Source: a virus. Taken from it: a stretch of DNA of 64,000 bases. Positions 39,531-47,660 of this stretch are shown in pieces; position 1 is the first letter of the stretch, and every line of letters begins with the position of its first letter. Made by a program: the position numbers and the translations under genes. The stretch is from the IMG/VR virus record IMGVR_UViG_3300047172_000080, positions 15,153 through 79,152 of that record. One strand, written 5' to 3'. The notes under the pieces were generated by a model. It worked only from the letters and a program-made list of their open reading frames with translations. It did not search any database and was not told the DNA's origin.

Positions 39531-39767
39531 TTAAAACCAACTTCCTCTTAATTGATAAATCAAATCCAGATAGTCATTATAATTTGGGGCATTTGCTAAT
39601 TTTATTAAATAGTTTTCAGCCATATAATAAAATTCCTTATCTCGTCCATTGGGTTTACCTGCTCCTTCCCATAAATAATAAGCTAGAATTTTAGTATCAG
39701 ATTCTATTGGTCTTGATGACCCTGGCACAATATGGCAATAATTATTGTTTATCATTTGTTCCTCCAA
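39531..39767 (-). CDS. DUF2934-like protein
   Basis: AYYLWEGAGKPNGRDKEFYYMAE. Confidence 0.75.
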   Translation of the reverse strand: MEEQMINNNYCHIVPGSSRPIESDTKILAYYLWEGAGKPNGRDKEFYYMAENYLIKLANAPNYNDYLDLIYQLRGSWF

Positions 39768-40185
39768 CTGGTCTATCTAATATGTCTTCAATTTTAATTT
39801 CTTCAAAGTCTACAAGCTCATCTAATATACTTAAATTTTTTAATTTATCAACCCAATGTGCAGGTCCGGTAACAACAGGAGTAGCATAGTTACTTCTAAC
39901 ACTTATTCTAACAGCCTCCTGTTCTTTTCTAGATAAATCAAAATACTGATTCCAAAAATTATCAAGCATTACAATACAATCTATATATTGCAATTTCAAA
40001 TCCAATAACGTAGCTCCTAAATTATTTTCATTTTCTTTTAAAGAAAAAGTGACATCAGAAATTGCTCCCCATGTAGGTAACGCTAAAGCTGCTTGTTTAA
40101 GCTTAATTTTTTCCATATTAGCACCCATAACATCATTTACGATTCCCTTGTTCAACTGAGGAAATAAAATCTGCTGCTTTTTCAT
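39742..40185 (-). CDS. hypothetical protein
   Basis: ORF in accessory cluster. Confidence 0.5.
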   Translation of the reverse strand: MKKQQILFPQLNKGIVNDVMGANMEKIKLKQAALALPTWGAISDVTFSLKENENNLGATLLDLKLQYIDCIVMLDNFWNQYFDLSRKEQEAVRISVRSNYATPVVTGPAHWVDKLKNLSILDELVDFEEIKIEDILDRPVGGTNDKQ

Positions 40186-40423
40186 TTAATACCTCATCAG
40201 AAATTTTACTTTCTTCTCTAAGGTATTCAATCCATTCTGGTGTATAAATAACTGCATATTCGCTATCTTGCTCTTTAACAATTTCTACAAATTCTTTAAA
40301 CATCTTTTCCTGCTCATGAGCATAAGGAACAAATGTTTCAGTAGCATCTGCTCCAGAAAACATACTAGGAGTATGCCCACAAATGTCTGTGGTTTTATTA
40401 ATCATTTCTTCATACTTTGTCAT
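40133..40423 (-). CDS. hypothetical protein
   Basis: ORF in accessory cluster. Confidence 0.5.
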   Translation of the reverse strand: MTKYEEMINKTTDICGHTPSMFSGADATETFVPYAHEQEKMFKEFVEIVKEQDSEYAVIYTPEWIEYLREESKISDEVLNEKAADFISSVEQGNRK

Positions 40424-40626
40424 ATTTTTTTACCTTTCATTATACCTGCTTTATAAGCTGCGTGTATTACATCGTCTATACCAAAAAATCCACCTAGTTC
40501 AGGATCATTTGGATAGATAGGACAAGCACAACCTCTAAAATAATAAGAAGTTTGTCCTCCCTCTTTTAAAGTTACTACACCAATTTGATTCAATTGTTCT
40601 GTAGTTAAAACTTTAAAGCCTAACAT
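40420..40626 (-). CDS. hypothetical protein
   Basis: ORF in accessory cluster. Confidence 0.5.
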   Translation of the reverse strand: MLGFKVLTTEQLNQIGVVTLKEGGQTSYYFRGCACPIYPNDPELGGFFGIDDVIHAAYKAGIMKGKKI

Positions 40627-40847
40627 GCTGGTCTATCCATCCAATCTGGAAAACAATGCTTACCTACGATATCTACCATAATATATTCTTCATCACATCT
40701 AGCCTTATCTTTAGGATTAGTATTTTCATACTTAATAGCATTACAATCTGGAAGTACTTCAACTTCTAATTGATTTCGTAAATTACCCGATAAATCATGT
40801 TGAGAAATAAGATACTTATTCTCTCCAATTTTTCTAAATGTATTCAT
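40620..40847 (-). CDS. hypothetical protein
   Basis: ORF in accessory cluster. Confidence 0.5.
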   Translation of the reverse strand: MNTFRKIGENKYLISQHDLSGNLRNQLEVEVLPDCNAIKYENTNPKDKARCDEEYIMVDIVGKHCFPDWMDRPAC

Positions 40848-40849
40848 AT

Positions 40850-42199
40850 TTATTTACTTTCCCAATAGTATTTAAGTGCAACTTGGGTACATAGTTCCTG
40901 AAATTGTGCTGGTGTATAACCATCGCCTTTTTCTACTAAATTGTCAACCTCATGACTACAATCTTCTAATATTCTTTTAGCCATATTTAATCTAGATTGC
41001 TTTGTCATCTTTTTTAATTCAATGATCTTATCTAATCTCCCCGGTCTACTACTCATTCCATTCTCTGCAAAATTACCCATTGCAGGGTCTATTTTAGTAA
41101 TATCGTTAGTTGTAACTATTGTAAGTACCCCATCACTATTTGAAACACCACTGATACAATTAAGCAAACAATCGAAAGTAATACCATCTTTCCCTTGAAC
41201 ATTATTTCTACCGTGAAATACGCCGTCTAAGTCTTCGAATAAGGCGATTACAGGGGCATTACCCATCATGCTCTCCCATTCTCTATTTAGATCCTCATTA
41301 GTCATCGTGGCGAGATCATAGATATAAATAGGCATGTCTAATACTTGGCCTAACGCTCTAGTCATCGCCGTTTTTCCTGTTCCTGGAATTCCAAATAATA
41401 ATATACCTAAGCGATAAGGTATAGACTTTTTTCTAAACCAATCTGCAGAGTTTTTCCACCTTTTAATTTCTTCTATATACTTATCTACTTCTGGAGGAAA
41501 CTCTAGCGTTTCAAAAGGCTTATCAGCTATATCTTCTCCTATATCATCTTTATTCCATTTTAATATACGTGAACCAGATTCTAATAAAACATCTCTACCT
41601 GACGAAGATGTACGCGCTTTGGGAATGTCTATTCCCGGTTGAGTAACATTTCCATTTCTTAATGATTGTCTAGTACCTACTACCTTTCGTACAAAGAATC
41701 TTTTATACTCTTTAACTTCCAATTTAGCAATATTTCTATCATTGTATAAATCAATAGCTTCTATTAATAATTCATCAAACTTAAATGTTCCTCTAAAAAA
41801 ACTATAATTACCACGAATAAAAATAGTTTCTAATCCTGGATCTGAACCTCCGGTAGTAGGGCTATTATTATTAGAAGATTGAGCCCCGTTGTTGTTTACA
41901 AAGATAGGTGTCCAACCTCTCCAAAAAATAGTTAGCCCCTTTCCTATAATTTCAAATCCTACTATTATAAATTTACTAATAGGACGTACATGAAAAAGTC
42001 TTCCTAAGTAAGCTCTATCTCCCACATGTCTCCTATTAAATTTTTCCCATAACAATAGTTGCATAGAATAATTTAAATACCCTTCCAATTCTACACTAAC
42101 AATAATATAAGAACGTAACCTATTGATAGCCCCTTGTATATAAGACCAACCTGTAGCCAATACTGTACCGATTGCTGCGAATCCAAAATAATTCATCAA
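40850..42199 (-). CDS. BCS1-like membrane-anchored AAA+ ATPase
   Basis: N-terminal TM; W...SIPYRLGILLFGIPGTGKT (Walker A), LFEDLD (Walker B), TTND, RPGRLD. Confidence 0.85.
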   Translation of the reverse strand: MMNYFGFAAIGTVLATGWSYIQGAINRLRSYIIVSVELEGYLNYSMQLLLWEKFNRRHVGDRAYLGRLFHVRPISKFIIVGFEIIGKGLTIFWRGWTPIFVNNNGAQSSNNNSPTTGGSDPGLETIFIRGNYSFFRGTFKFDELLIEAIDLYNDRNIAKLEVKEYKRFFVRKVVGTRQSLRNGNVTQPGIDIPKARTSSSGRDVLLESGSRILKWNKDDIGEDIADKPFETLEFPPEVDKYIEEIKRWKNSADWFRKKSIPYRLGILLFGIPGTGKTAMTRALGQVLDMPIYIYDLATMTNEDLNREWESMMGNAPVIALFEDLDGVFHGRNNVQGKDGITFDCLLNCISGVSNSDGVLTIVTTNDITKIDPAMGNFAENGMSSRPGRLDKIIELKKMTKQSRLNMAKRILEDCSHEVDNLVEKGDGYTPAQFQELCTQVALKYYWESK

Positions 42200-42242
42200 A
42201 GAAGCTACTATGTTTAGTAACTATGTCAAATACCTAATAGCT

Positions 42243-42266
42243 AAAAAAAAAGGGATAGAACCTTTT
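42243..42266 (-). terminator. weak intrinsic terminator
   Basis: aaaagg/cctttt stem plus T-run; loop similar to those at 8362 and 9021. Confidence 0.4.
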
Positions 42267-42270
42267 ATTT

Positions 42271-42684
42271 TTATACCAACGTGTTTCTGAAGATAAGCAG
42301 CTTATCGTGCAACAACTTATTCTCTGCTAATCGAACGTTATTAACACTAATTGATTCCTTTTTTAATTCTTCGGCTAATGAACTTGAAGAGCATAGTCTG
42401 ATATTATCTCGTAAGTAATCATCGCTCGAATTTAAAGCAGATAACAAAATCTCTACATCATTTAAACTCATTTCAAAAGGAAGAGATTTAGCATGATCGT
42501 GTTTCATATTCCACTCTTTAAGAACCTTATCATATACGTAAATCTTACCTGACAAGGTAAGGATACATACATTATCTGCCTGATCCCAATAGGTAGCACC
42601 TATTTCTTCTCCTTTTACTTGATCAACAAAAGCATCGTGTTGTTCCACACCCAAAAGAATTGATTTTTTGTATTCGTGATTCAT
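42271..42684 (-). CDS. hypothetical protein
   Basis: 137-aa ORF behind promoter copy 4. Confidence 0.6.
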   Translation of the reverse strand: MNHEYKKSILLGVEQHDAFVDQVKGEEIGATYWDQADNVCILTLSGKIYVYDKVLKEWNMKHDHAKSLPFEMSLNDVEILLSALNSSDDYLRDNIRLCSSSSLAEELKKESISVNNVRLAENKLLHDKLLIFRNTLV

Positions 42685-42703
42685 AAGTTAATGTCCTTTA
42701 ACT

Positions 42704-42740
42704 TATTATACCAATTAATTACCCCATTTTAGGGGAGGGG
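42704..42740 (-). promoter_or_regulatory. CCCC-N23-TGGTATAATA promoter, copy 4
   Basis: tattatacca at 42704-42713 and gggg at 42737-42740 on +. Confidence 0.75.
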
Positions 42741-42795
42741 TTAATTTAACCAATAATCACTACAACTAACACAGTAGATATAAGAATATGGTCTA

Positions 42796-42950
42796 TTAAA
42801 GTTCCCCGGCCTAAAGGCACGGGGATTTAGCCGAGTCCTTCACCAACGCCAAATCGCCATGCAGAACGCACGATTCAGAGTTAATATCGACAGACCCGTT
42901 GCTTGTGCGGGCTTTAAGGCTCCGCGTCCCCGCAGCGTTGCACGCTATGG
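42796..42950 (-). ncRNA. probable TnpB omega/reRNA scaffold (5' end uncertain)
   Basis: Established location overlapping the tnpB 3' end and the right-end hairpin; guide would be the flank starting at 42795. Confidence 0.5.
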
Positions 42951-43992
42951 AGACAGACCGCGCCCGAATGTTTTTCGAGGCTTGAAGGTCGGCATCGTCT
43001 TTGTGGCCGCACTTCTGACAGCAGAAGCGCAAGCCTTTCCGGTTCGATGCCGAGACATGGCCGCAGGCGCTACACCCACGGCTTGTGTTGCGAGGGCTAA
43101 CCGCCTCCAATTCTATGCCGACAGCCGCAGCCTTATAGGCGATCTTGAATCGCATATCGGCATATGGCCAGCGATGGACTTTGGAACGGAGGTCTTTCCC
43201 CTTACTCAGCGAACTGTCTCGGATATTGCTGAGTTCTTCTACAACGATGCGCCTTGCTCCAACCTCAACCGCGTAGCTGACCAGTGCCTTACTTGCCGTG
43301 TGGAGCAAGTGCGCGGTTACGGCAGCCTCATGCCCGGACATCCTTCGCAGGAGCCTCCGGGCACTTCTGGTGCCAACCGACTGGACAGCGGCGCGGGTGC
43401 GCCGGATGCAAGAACGACGGTGATTCAACACCCCGCCGTGGAAGAAAAATGGTTTGGCGTTCACCGAGTTCGTGGCGACCAACATCCGTTTGATGCCGAA
43501 ATCGCAGCCAACGATACAACCTTCGGTCTTCGGCTCGGCGATCTCAACTTCGTGAGCCAAGCAGAGGAACCACTGTTTGCCAATTCGCTTGATTTTGGAA
43601 TCTTTCCATGCGCCTTCTGGCAGTTGACGAGAATCGCTGACAGTCAGGAGTTCACCCCAAAGTGTGATGCCTTTATTGGTGCGGTTGAAGTCCCGCTTCC
43701 ACACCGTCGGGATGACGGCACGGGAAAACTTCGCAAGCCTCCAACGCTTGTTCGCCTTGGCGGTCTTGTAGGTAGCGCAGACGGTTTTGCAGAGGGAGCA
43801 GGCAAGTTGGGAAGGCAGTCCCATTTCTCGGAGATTGGCATAGTGGGCTTTTGCCAGCCGATTCGAGTTCAATTCCTCAGTCTTGAAGGCAATCGCCGAA
43901 AGCCAGTTTGCGGCTTTCAGCCAAACAGTAAGCAGGCCGTCAGCTTTTGTGCTGCCGGAAATCTTGAGCTTGACTGTGTGGATTGCTTTCAC
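42811..43992 (-). CDS. tnpB: RNA-guided endonuclease TnpB
   Basis: RuvC GCDFG / VVEEL / DADLQASKNI motifs and CSACG...CQKCG zinc ribbon; probable GTG start at 43992. Confidence 0.92.
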   Translation of the reverse strand: MKAIHTVKLKISGSTKADGLLTVWLKAANWLSAIAFKTEELNSNRLAKAHYANLREMGLPSQLACSLCKTVCATYKTAKANKRWRLAKFSRAVIPTVWKRDFNRTNKGITLWGELLTVSDSRQLPEGAWKDSKIKRIGKQWFLCLAHEVEIAEPKTEGCIVGCDFGIKRMLVATNSVNAKPFFFHGGVLNHRRSCIRRTRAAVQSVGTRSARRLLRRMSGHEAAVTAHLLHTASKALVSYAVEVGARRIVVEELSNIRDSSLSKGKDLRSKVHRWPYADMRFKIAYKAAAVGIELEAVSPRNTSRGCSACGHVSASNRKGLRFCCQKCGHKDDADLQASKNIRARSVSIACNAAGTRSLKARTSNGSVDINSESCVLHGDLALVKDSAKSPCL

Positions 43993-44022
43993 TACATTGA
44001 AGACTACTACCAAGAAAAAACA

Positions 44023-44172
44023 ATGTCAACCGAATTGCGAAGGAATAATCACAGCGTTTCCAGATTGCTCGTGCATCTGGTTTTCGTCGTGAACGAGACG
44101 CTCAAACTCTACGTCCAGTCACAACAAACCAAAGCCGCCCTAAAGGGCGGGGTTTCAACCCACAAATTTTGA
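44023..44172 (+). pseudogene. tnpA: internally deleted IS200-type Y1 transposase
   Basis: MSTELRRNNHSVSRLLVHLVFVV fused directly to ETLKLYVQSQ; the HUH core is missing. Confidence 0.8.
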
Positions 44173-44318
44173 TGAACAAGTCGTTTTCTTCAATCATGTT
44201 TTTACAAATTAAACATGGATAAGGAGGGTAAGGTAACTCAGGCTGTAAGGGAAATCCTTGTAGTTTACGATTCGCTATTATTACCCCTAGTCTGTCGGAA
44301 GCCTTCATAATTTTGATT

Positions 44319-45821
44319 TTAAGCTCTCCATACCCATCTCTTTTTACCACAATCCCAAATCTTGTACAATCCTCTTTGATTAGCCCATTGCTCTTCTGTT
44401 AAATTAATTGGGCAATTTACTCTATTTTTTCTTTGAGATTGTTTAGAAACTCTAATATGGTTTTTTAAATCAGCGTAATCATAATCTATATCCATTTCTT
44501 TCTCTAAAGTAAAACCTAATGACTTATATACGTGTCCTTGACTCCATCTATTATCACTCCAACTCCAAATTTCATTACATTTATACTGTTCTCGAAGAAA
44601 TTTAAATAATCTAGAAGCTCCCCCTACTACTGTATAGTTAGATTTAAAACATAATCTATCTAGCCAGATTTTAGTGTCTGTAATGTCAAAAGGATGCCTA
44701 CCAAAGCTCATTACTCCTATTAACTCATTATTATAAAATAGACCGGCAAAATACTTACCAAGAGAATTTGCTCCTTGGATATGATATAACTCAATAAATT
44801 TATTAGCTTCCTGAACTTCAATTTCTCGTACTTCGCATTTACGAGCATAAAGTCTATTTTCATTCTTATTTAAAACAGATCTTAAAAAACCTTTTACTTG
44901 GTCTTTTCTTTCTAACCATTCATCTTCAAAAATAGTAATTAATCTTACTCCTTTAGCTTCACATCCTAGTCTTTTATTGTTGCGACTAGTCTTATTTTTA
45001 TTGAATAAATTAGAATGCCATCTCAATCCATTATATTCTATACCTAAGTTTATGGATTCCTCATAAAAATCTATTTCATATCCTGATAATATTTTAAAAT
45101 CAGAATTAAAATTAAAACCAAAAGAATTAAGCCAATCCTGAATAATCGCTTCTTCTTTCCCATATCCACTAACCCATGCCGAACCATATGTAGCGAATCT
45201 AGTTGTTATTTTCTGCTCACGGATTATAGCTGAATCTTTAATAATACTATTTCTTTTTAAAATACCTTGTATATTTTCTCTAGAATAACCTATTTCATTT
45301 TTATGCTTACTAGCTATTTGGTCAGCTGTTAAATTAAGAACCAAATATTCGTATCTAATAACCTCTATATTTGTTTTAGATTCTTTATAAAGAATAAGCT
45401 CATTGGGCCTTTTTATACCTAAACTAGAAGCATGTTGTTTAACATTCGTGTATTTTGTATTATAAATTTGCGTTAACTCTTCTTTAGACTTAGTTAGATA
45501 GTTGTTTTCAAATTCCTTATCATCTCCAAATTCTGTTAACTTTCGTCTATCTACATCATATTTATCTAAAATTCTATACAACGATGTTTGAGATATATTA
45601 TATTTTAAGAGTACATCTCTATAAGATAGATTTTTAAAATCTTCTACAATTACTAACTCATTTACTTTCAACGCTTTTTTATTTAAACCTAATTTTGAAG
45701 CCTTTAATTTAATGCTATGCCAAAGTCTTCCAGGTAATAAATTACAAATATCTTCTTTAGTTAATTTACAATAGCTATTAACTAATATTTCTACTTCTTC
45801 GTTTGACCAAGTTTTACACAT
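44319..45821 (-). CDS. Hef-like putative homing endonuclease (HTH repeats, PD-(D/E)xK-like domain, GNAT-like C-terminus)
   Basis: EIDFY...GIEYNGLRWHS...LITIFEDEW; YARKC...HIQG...VVGGASRLF...SDNRWS.G..Y..LGF...IWDCG. Confidence 0.7.
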   Translation of the reverse strand: MCKTWSNEEVEILVNSYCKLTKEDICNLLPGRLWHSIKLKASKLGLNKKALKVNELVIVEDFKNLSYRDVLLKYNISQTSLYRILDKYDVDRRKLTEFGDDKEFENNYLTKSKEELTQIYNTKYTNVKQHASSLGIKRPNELILYKESKTNIEVIRYEYLVLNLTADQIASKHKNEIGYSRENIQGILKRNSIIKDSAIIREQKITTRFATYGSAWVSGYGKEEAIIQDWLNSFGFNFNSDFKILSGYEIDFYEESINLGIEYNGLRWHSNLFNKNKTSRNNKRLGCEAKGVRLITIFEDEWLERKDQVKGFLRSVLNKNENRLYARKCEVREIEVQEANKFIELYHIQGANSLGKYFAGLFYNNELIGVMSFGRHPFDITDTKIWLDRLCFKSNYTVVGGASRLFKFLREQYKCNEIWSWSDNRWSQGHVYKSLGFTLEKEMDIDYDYADLKNHIRVSKQSQRKNRVNCPINLTEEQWANQRGLYKIWDCGKKRWVWRA

Positions 45822-45896
45822 AAATCAATTATACAAAACACATTTTAAATTTTTTAGCGGGCACATATTCATAAGTTAAACCACCTATCTATACTC

Positions 45897-45934
45897 TATT
45901 ATACCAGTTTAACAACTAACTTTTTAATAGGGGG
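45897..45934 (-). promoter_or_regulatory. CCCC-N23-TGGTATAATA promoter, copy 5
   Basis: tattatacca at 45897-45906 and gggg at 45930-45933 on +. Confidence 0.7.
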
Positions 45935-45940
45935 CTAAAT

Positions 45941-45973
45941 AAACAAAAAACCCTGAGAAATTAATCTCAGGGT
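45941..45973 (-). terminator. intrinsic terminator after the major capsid gene
   Basis: accctgaga/tctcagggt 9-bp stem followed by TTTTTGTTT on the minus strand. Confidence 0.85.
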
Positions 45974-46002
45974 CTTAAGTACTTTAATTAGCTAATTATT
46001 TA

Positions 46003-46965
46003 TTAACCATTAAAATCCCACAAGCATGCACCTTTAACATTACCAATTGATATACCCAACTCAAGGTATTGAAAGAAAGACAACCACCATGCCTTATTTT
46101 CCATGTACGCCGTTAACGGCTGTAGTCTGAAGTACTTCCCAAGGAACTCTTCAGAACTGAAGGCGTATATTTGACCATCTGGAACAAGTTGGTTCTTGAT
46201 AGTATAGATTGCTTTGACACCGTTAAGAGTCTTGCAAGGAACACCATTTTCGAACATTTGCTGAGATAGATCACCACCTGCTTCATCACGACCAAATTTG
46301 ATGAAGTCCTGAGCAGTAGAGGTATTCATGAGCATAATACCCTTTGAAGAACCACCATCAGGCTGCATAGGACCGAAGGGAACTTTAAGTCTAGTGATAG
46401 ACTTGAAGGCTTCAGCTAGGTTATCACGAGTAAGACCAGGGAACTGGATATACTGAGGTAAACCTAAGCCATTAAGTGGGTTAGGGGTATTGAGCGCGCC
46501 AATAACCGCGTTAATCTTATTCATGAATCGTGAATCTACTTCAGTACCTAAGTCTTTAGTAGAAATTTCAAGAAGGATCTGGCGAATATCATAATCGTAA
46601 GTACGAAGTTTGCTGATATCTTTCTTGAAGTTAGGAGTCATGGTACGAGCGAAGAAGACAGGATAACGAGTACCTTTGAATACGAAACCATCAGGAGTGT
46701 TACCGTAAGGGACAGTTACTGCAGGAGCAACGTCTGGTTCACGATCACACCACTTAACGATAACTTCAGGGTCTTGAGCCTTGTCGAGTTCGTCATTGGC
46801 AATATCGATAGGAGTGATTACTTTTTCAGCAAAGCTGTCTTCACGTAAGATATTACGTGTATAAGCCATAGCCGAAGCTTCTGCTTCTTTAACATTACCA
46901 TTTAATACCTGATCAATGAACTGATCATTGAAGGGTTTAATTTGTTCTTTAGAGAGTTTTTCCAT
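46003..46965 (-). CDS. major capsid protein (HK97 fold, putative)
   Basis: 320 aa; follows protease, scaffold and decoration genes; strong terminator; codon usage looks highly expressed. Confidence 0.75.
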   Translation of the reverse strand: MEKLSKEQIKPFNDQFIDQVLNGNVKEAEASAMAYTRNILREDSFAEKVITPIDIANDELDKAQDPEVIVKWCDREPDVAPAVTVPYGNTPDGFVFKGTRYPVFFARTMTPNFKKDISKLRTYDYDIRQILLEISTKDLGTEVDSRFMNKINAVIGALNTPNPLNGLGLPQYIQFPGLTRDNLAEAFKSITRLKVPFGPMQPDGGSSKGIMLMNTSTAQDFIKFGRDEAGGDLSQQMFENGVPCKTLNGVKAIYTIKNQLVPDGQIYAFSSEEFLGKYFRLQPLTAYMENKAWWLSFFQYLELGISIGNVKGACLWDFNG

Positions 46966-46987
46966 ATATTTATATAATGTTAATAGT

Positions 46988-47518
46988 TTAAGCAGATCCT
47001 AGTTTAACTTGTAGAACTTGAATTGGTCCTTGGATAGCAACCGAAGTGCCTCCACCTACGATACTTCCAGATGAGCTAGTAGCAGTTGTGGCAACGCCTG
47101 GGAAAGCACGTACACCATAAACTCTACCAACAACAAGGTCAGTAGAACCAGCGGCAACGAGTACACCAGATGAATTAACTGTTACTTTACTACCAACTGG
47201 GAAGTTAGCAGCTGTAATAGCAGATTGTCCACCAGATACCTGATCAGTTTCAATAACTGTATTGCCGTCTAAGCCGATAGCAGCTATTTTACCTGATTCG
47301 AGAACGTCGCCATCAGTATCGTTGTTAAGTGAGAAACCGAGTAAATCCTGATTGGAAGAAGCTACTGGGGTTGTGGTAGAAGATCCCAAGAGGATGTTGC
47401 TTGTAGTGGGGTCAAGACGAACAGCACTTCCTGCGAAGATAGTACCAGAGGTAGCTACCCCCCCACGGAAATCTGTCTGAGCAAGCGTATAAGCTTGGCC
47501 TTTCAAAAATGAAATCAT
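46988..47518 (-). CDS. capsid decoration/cement protein (putative)
   Basis: Small G/S/T-rich beta protein immediately upstream of the capsid gene. Confidence 0.6.
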   Translation of the reverse strand: MISFLKGQAYTLAQTDFRGGVATSGTIFAGSAVRLDPTTSNILLGSSTTTPVASSNQDLLGFSLNNDTDGDVLESGKIAAIGLDGNTVIETDQVSGGQSAITAANFPVGSKVTVNSSGVLVAAGSTDLVVGRVYGVRAFPGVATTATSSSGSIVGGGTSVAIQGPIQVLQVKLGSA

Positions 47519-47660
47519 ATATTTTTCCTTAGTTTAGTTTGAGTATTTTAAATTGTTTCTTTTGCTACTCAGAGAAAACCCGATCAAGGTGTTTACCATC
47601 TGCTTCGCTGATTAAGATAAGTATTAATTTATCTATATGTTTATTATTATAAATATTTAA

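Larger units (their letters stand above)
42796..44171 (-). mobile_element. IS200/IS605-family element (divergent tnpA remnant plus tnpB), non-autonomous
   Basis: GC-rich block with subterminal hairpins ccgccc-taaa-gggcgg and ccccg-gcc-taaa-ggc-a-cgggg; target TCAT at the left end and TTAA at the right end; no target duplication. Confidence 0.9.
42741..44308 (-). pseudogene. 63-aa CxxC...CxxC zinc-finger gene split by the IS
   Basis: Joining 44308-44172 to 42795-42741 gives MKASDRLG...YPCLICKNMIEENDLFIRPYSYIYCVSCSDYWLN*. Confidence 0.75.

Noticed and set aside
42859-44022. 437-aa + strand ORF and small nested ORFs across tnpB
   Set aside because: Antisense shadow of GC-rich tnpB; only the last 49 codons (from 44023) are the real tnpA remnant
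44102-44350. 82-aa ORF as annotated
   Set aside because: Its C-terminus is read-through into the IS left end; the real gene is the split zinc-finger ORF
47519-47660. Riboswitch in the capsid operon leader
   Set aside because: Only short stems (tgagta/tactca) and no recognisable aptamer
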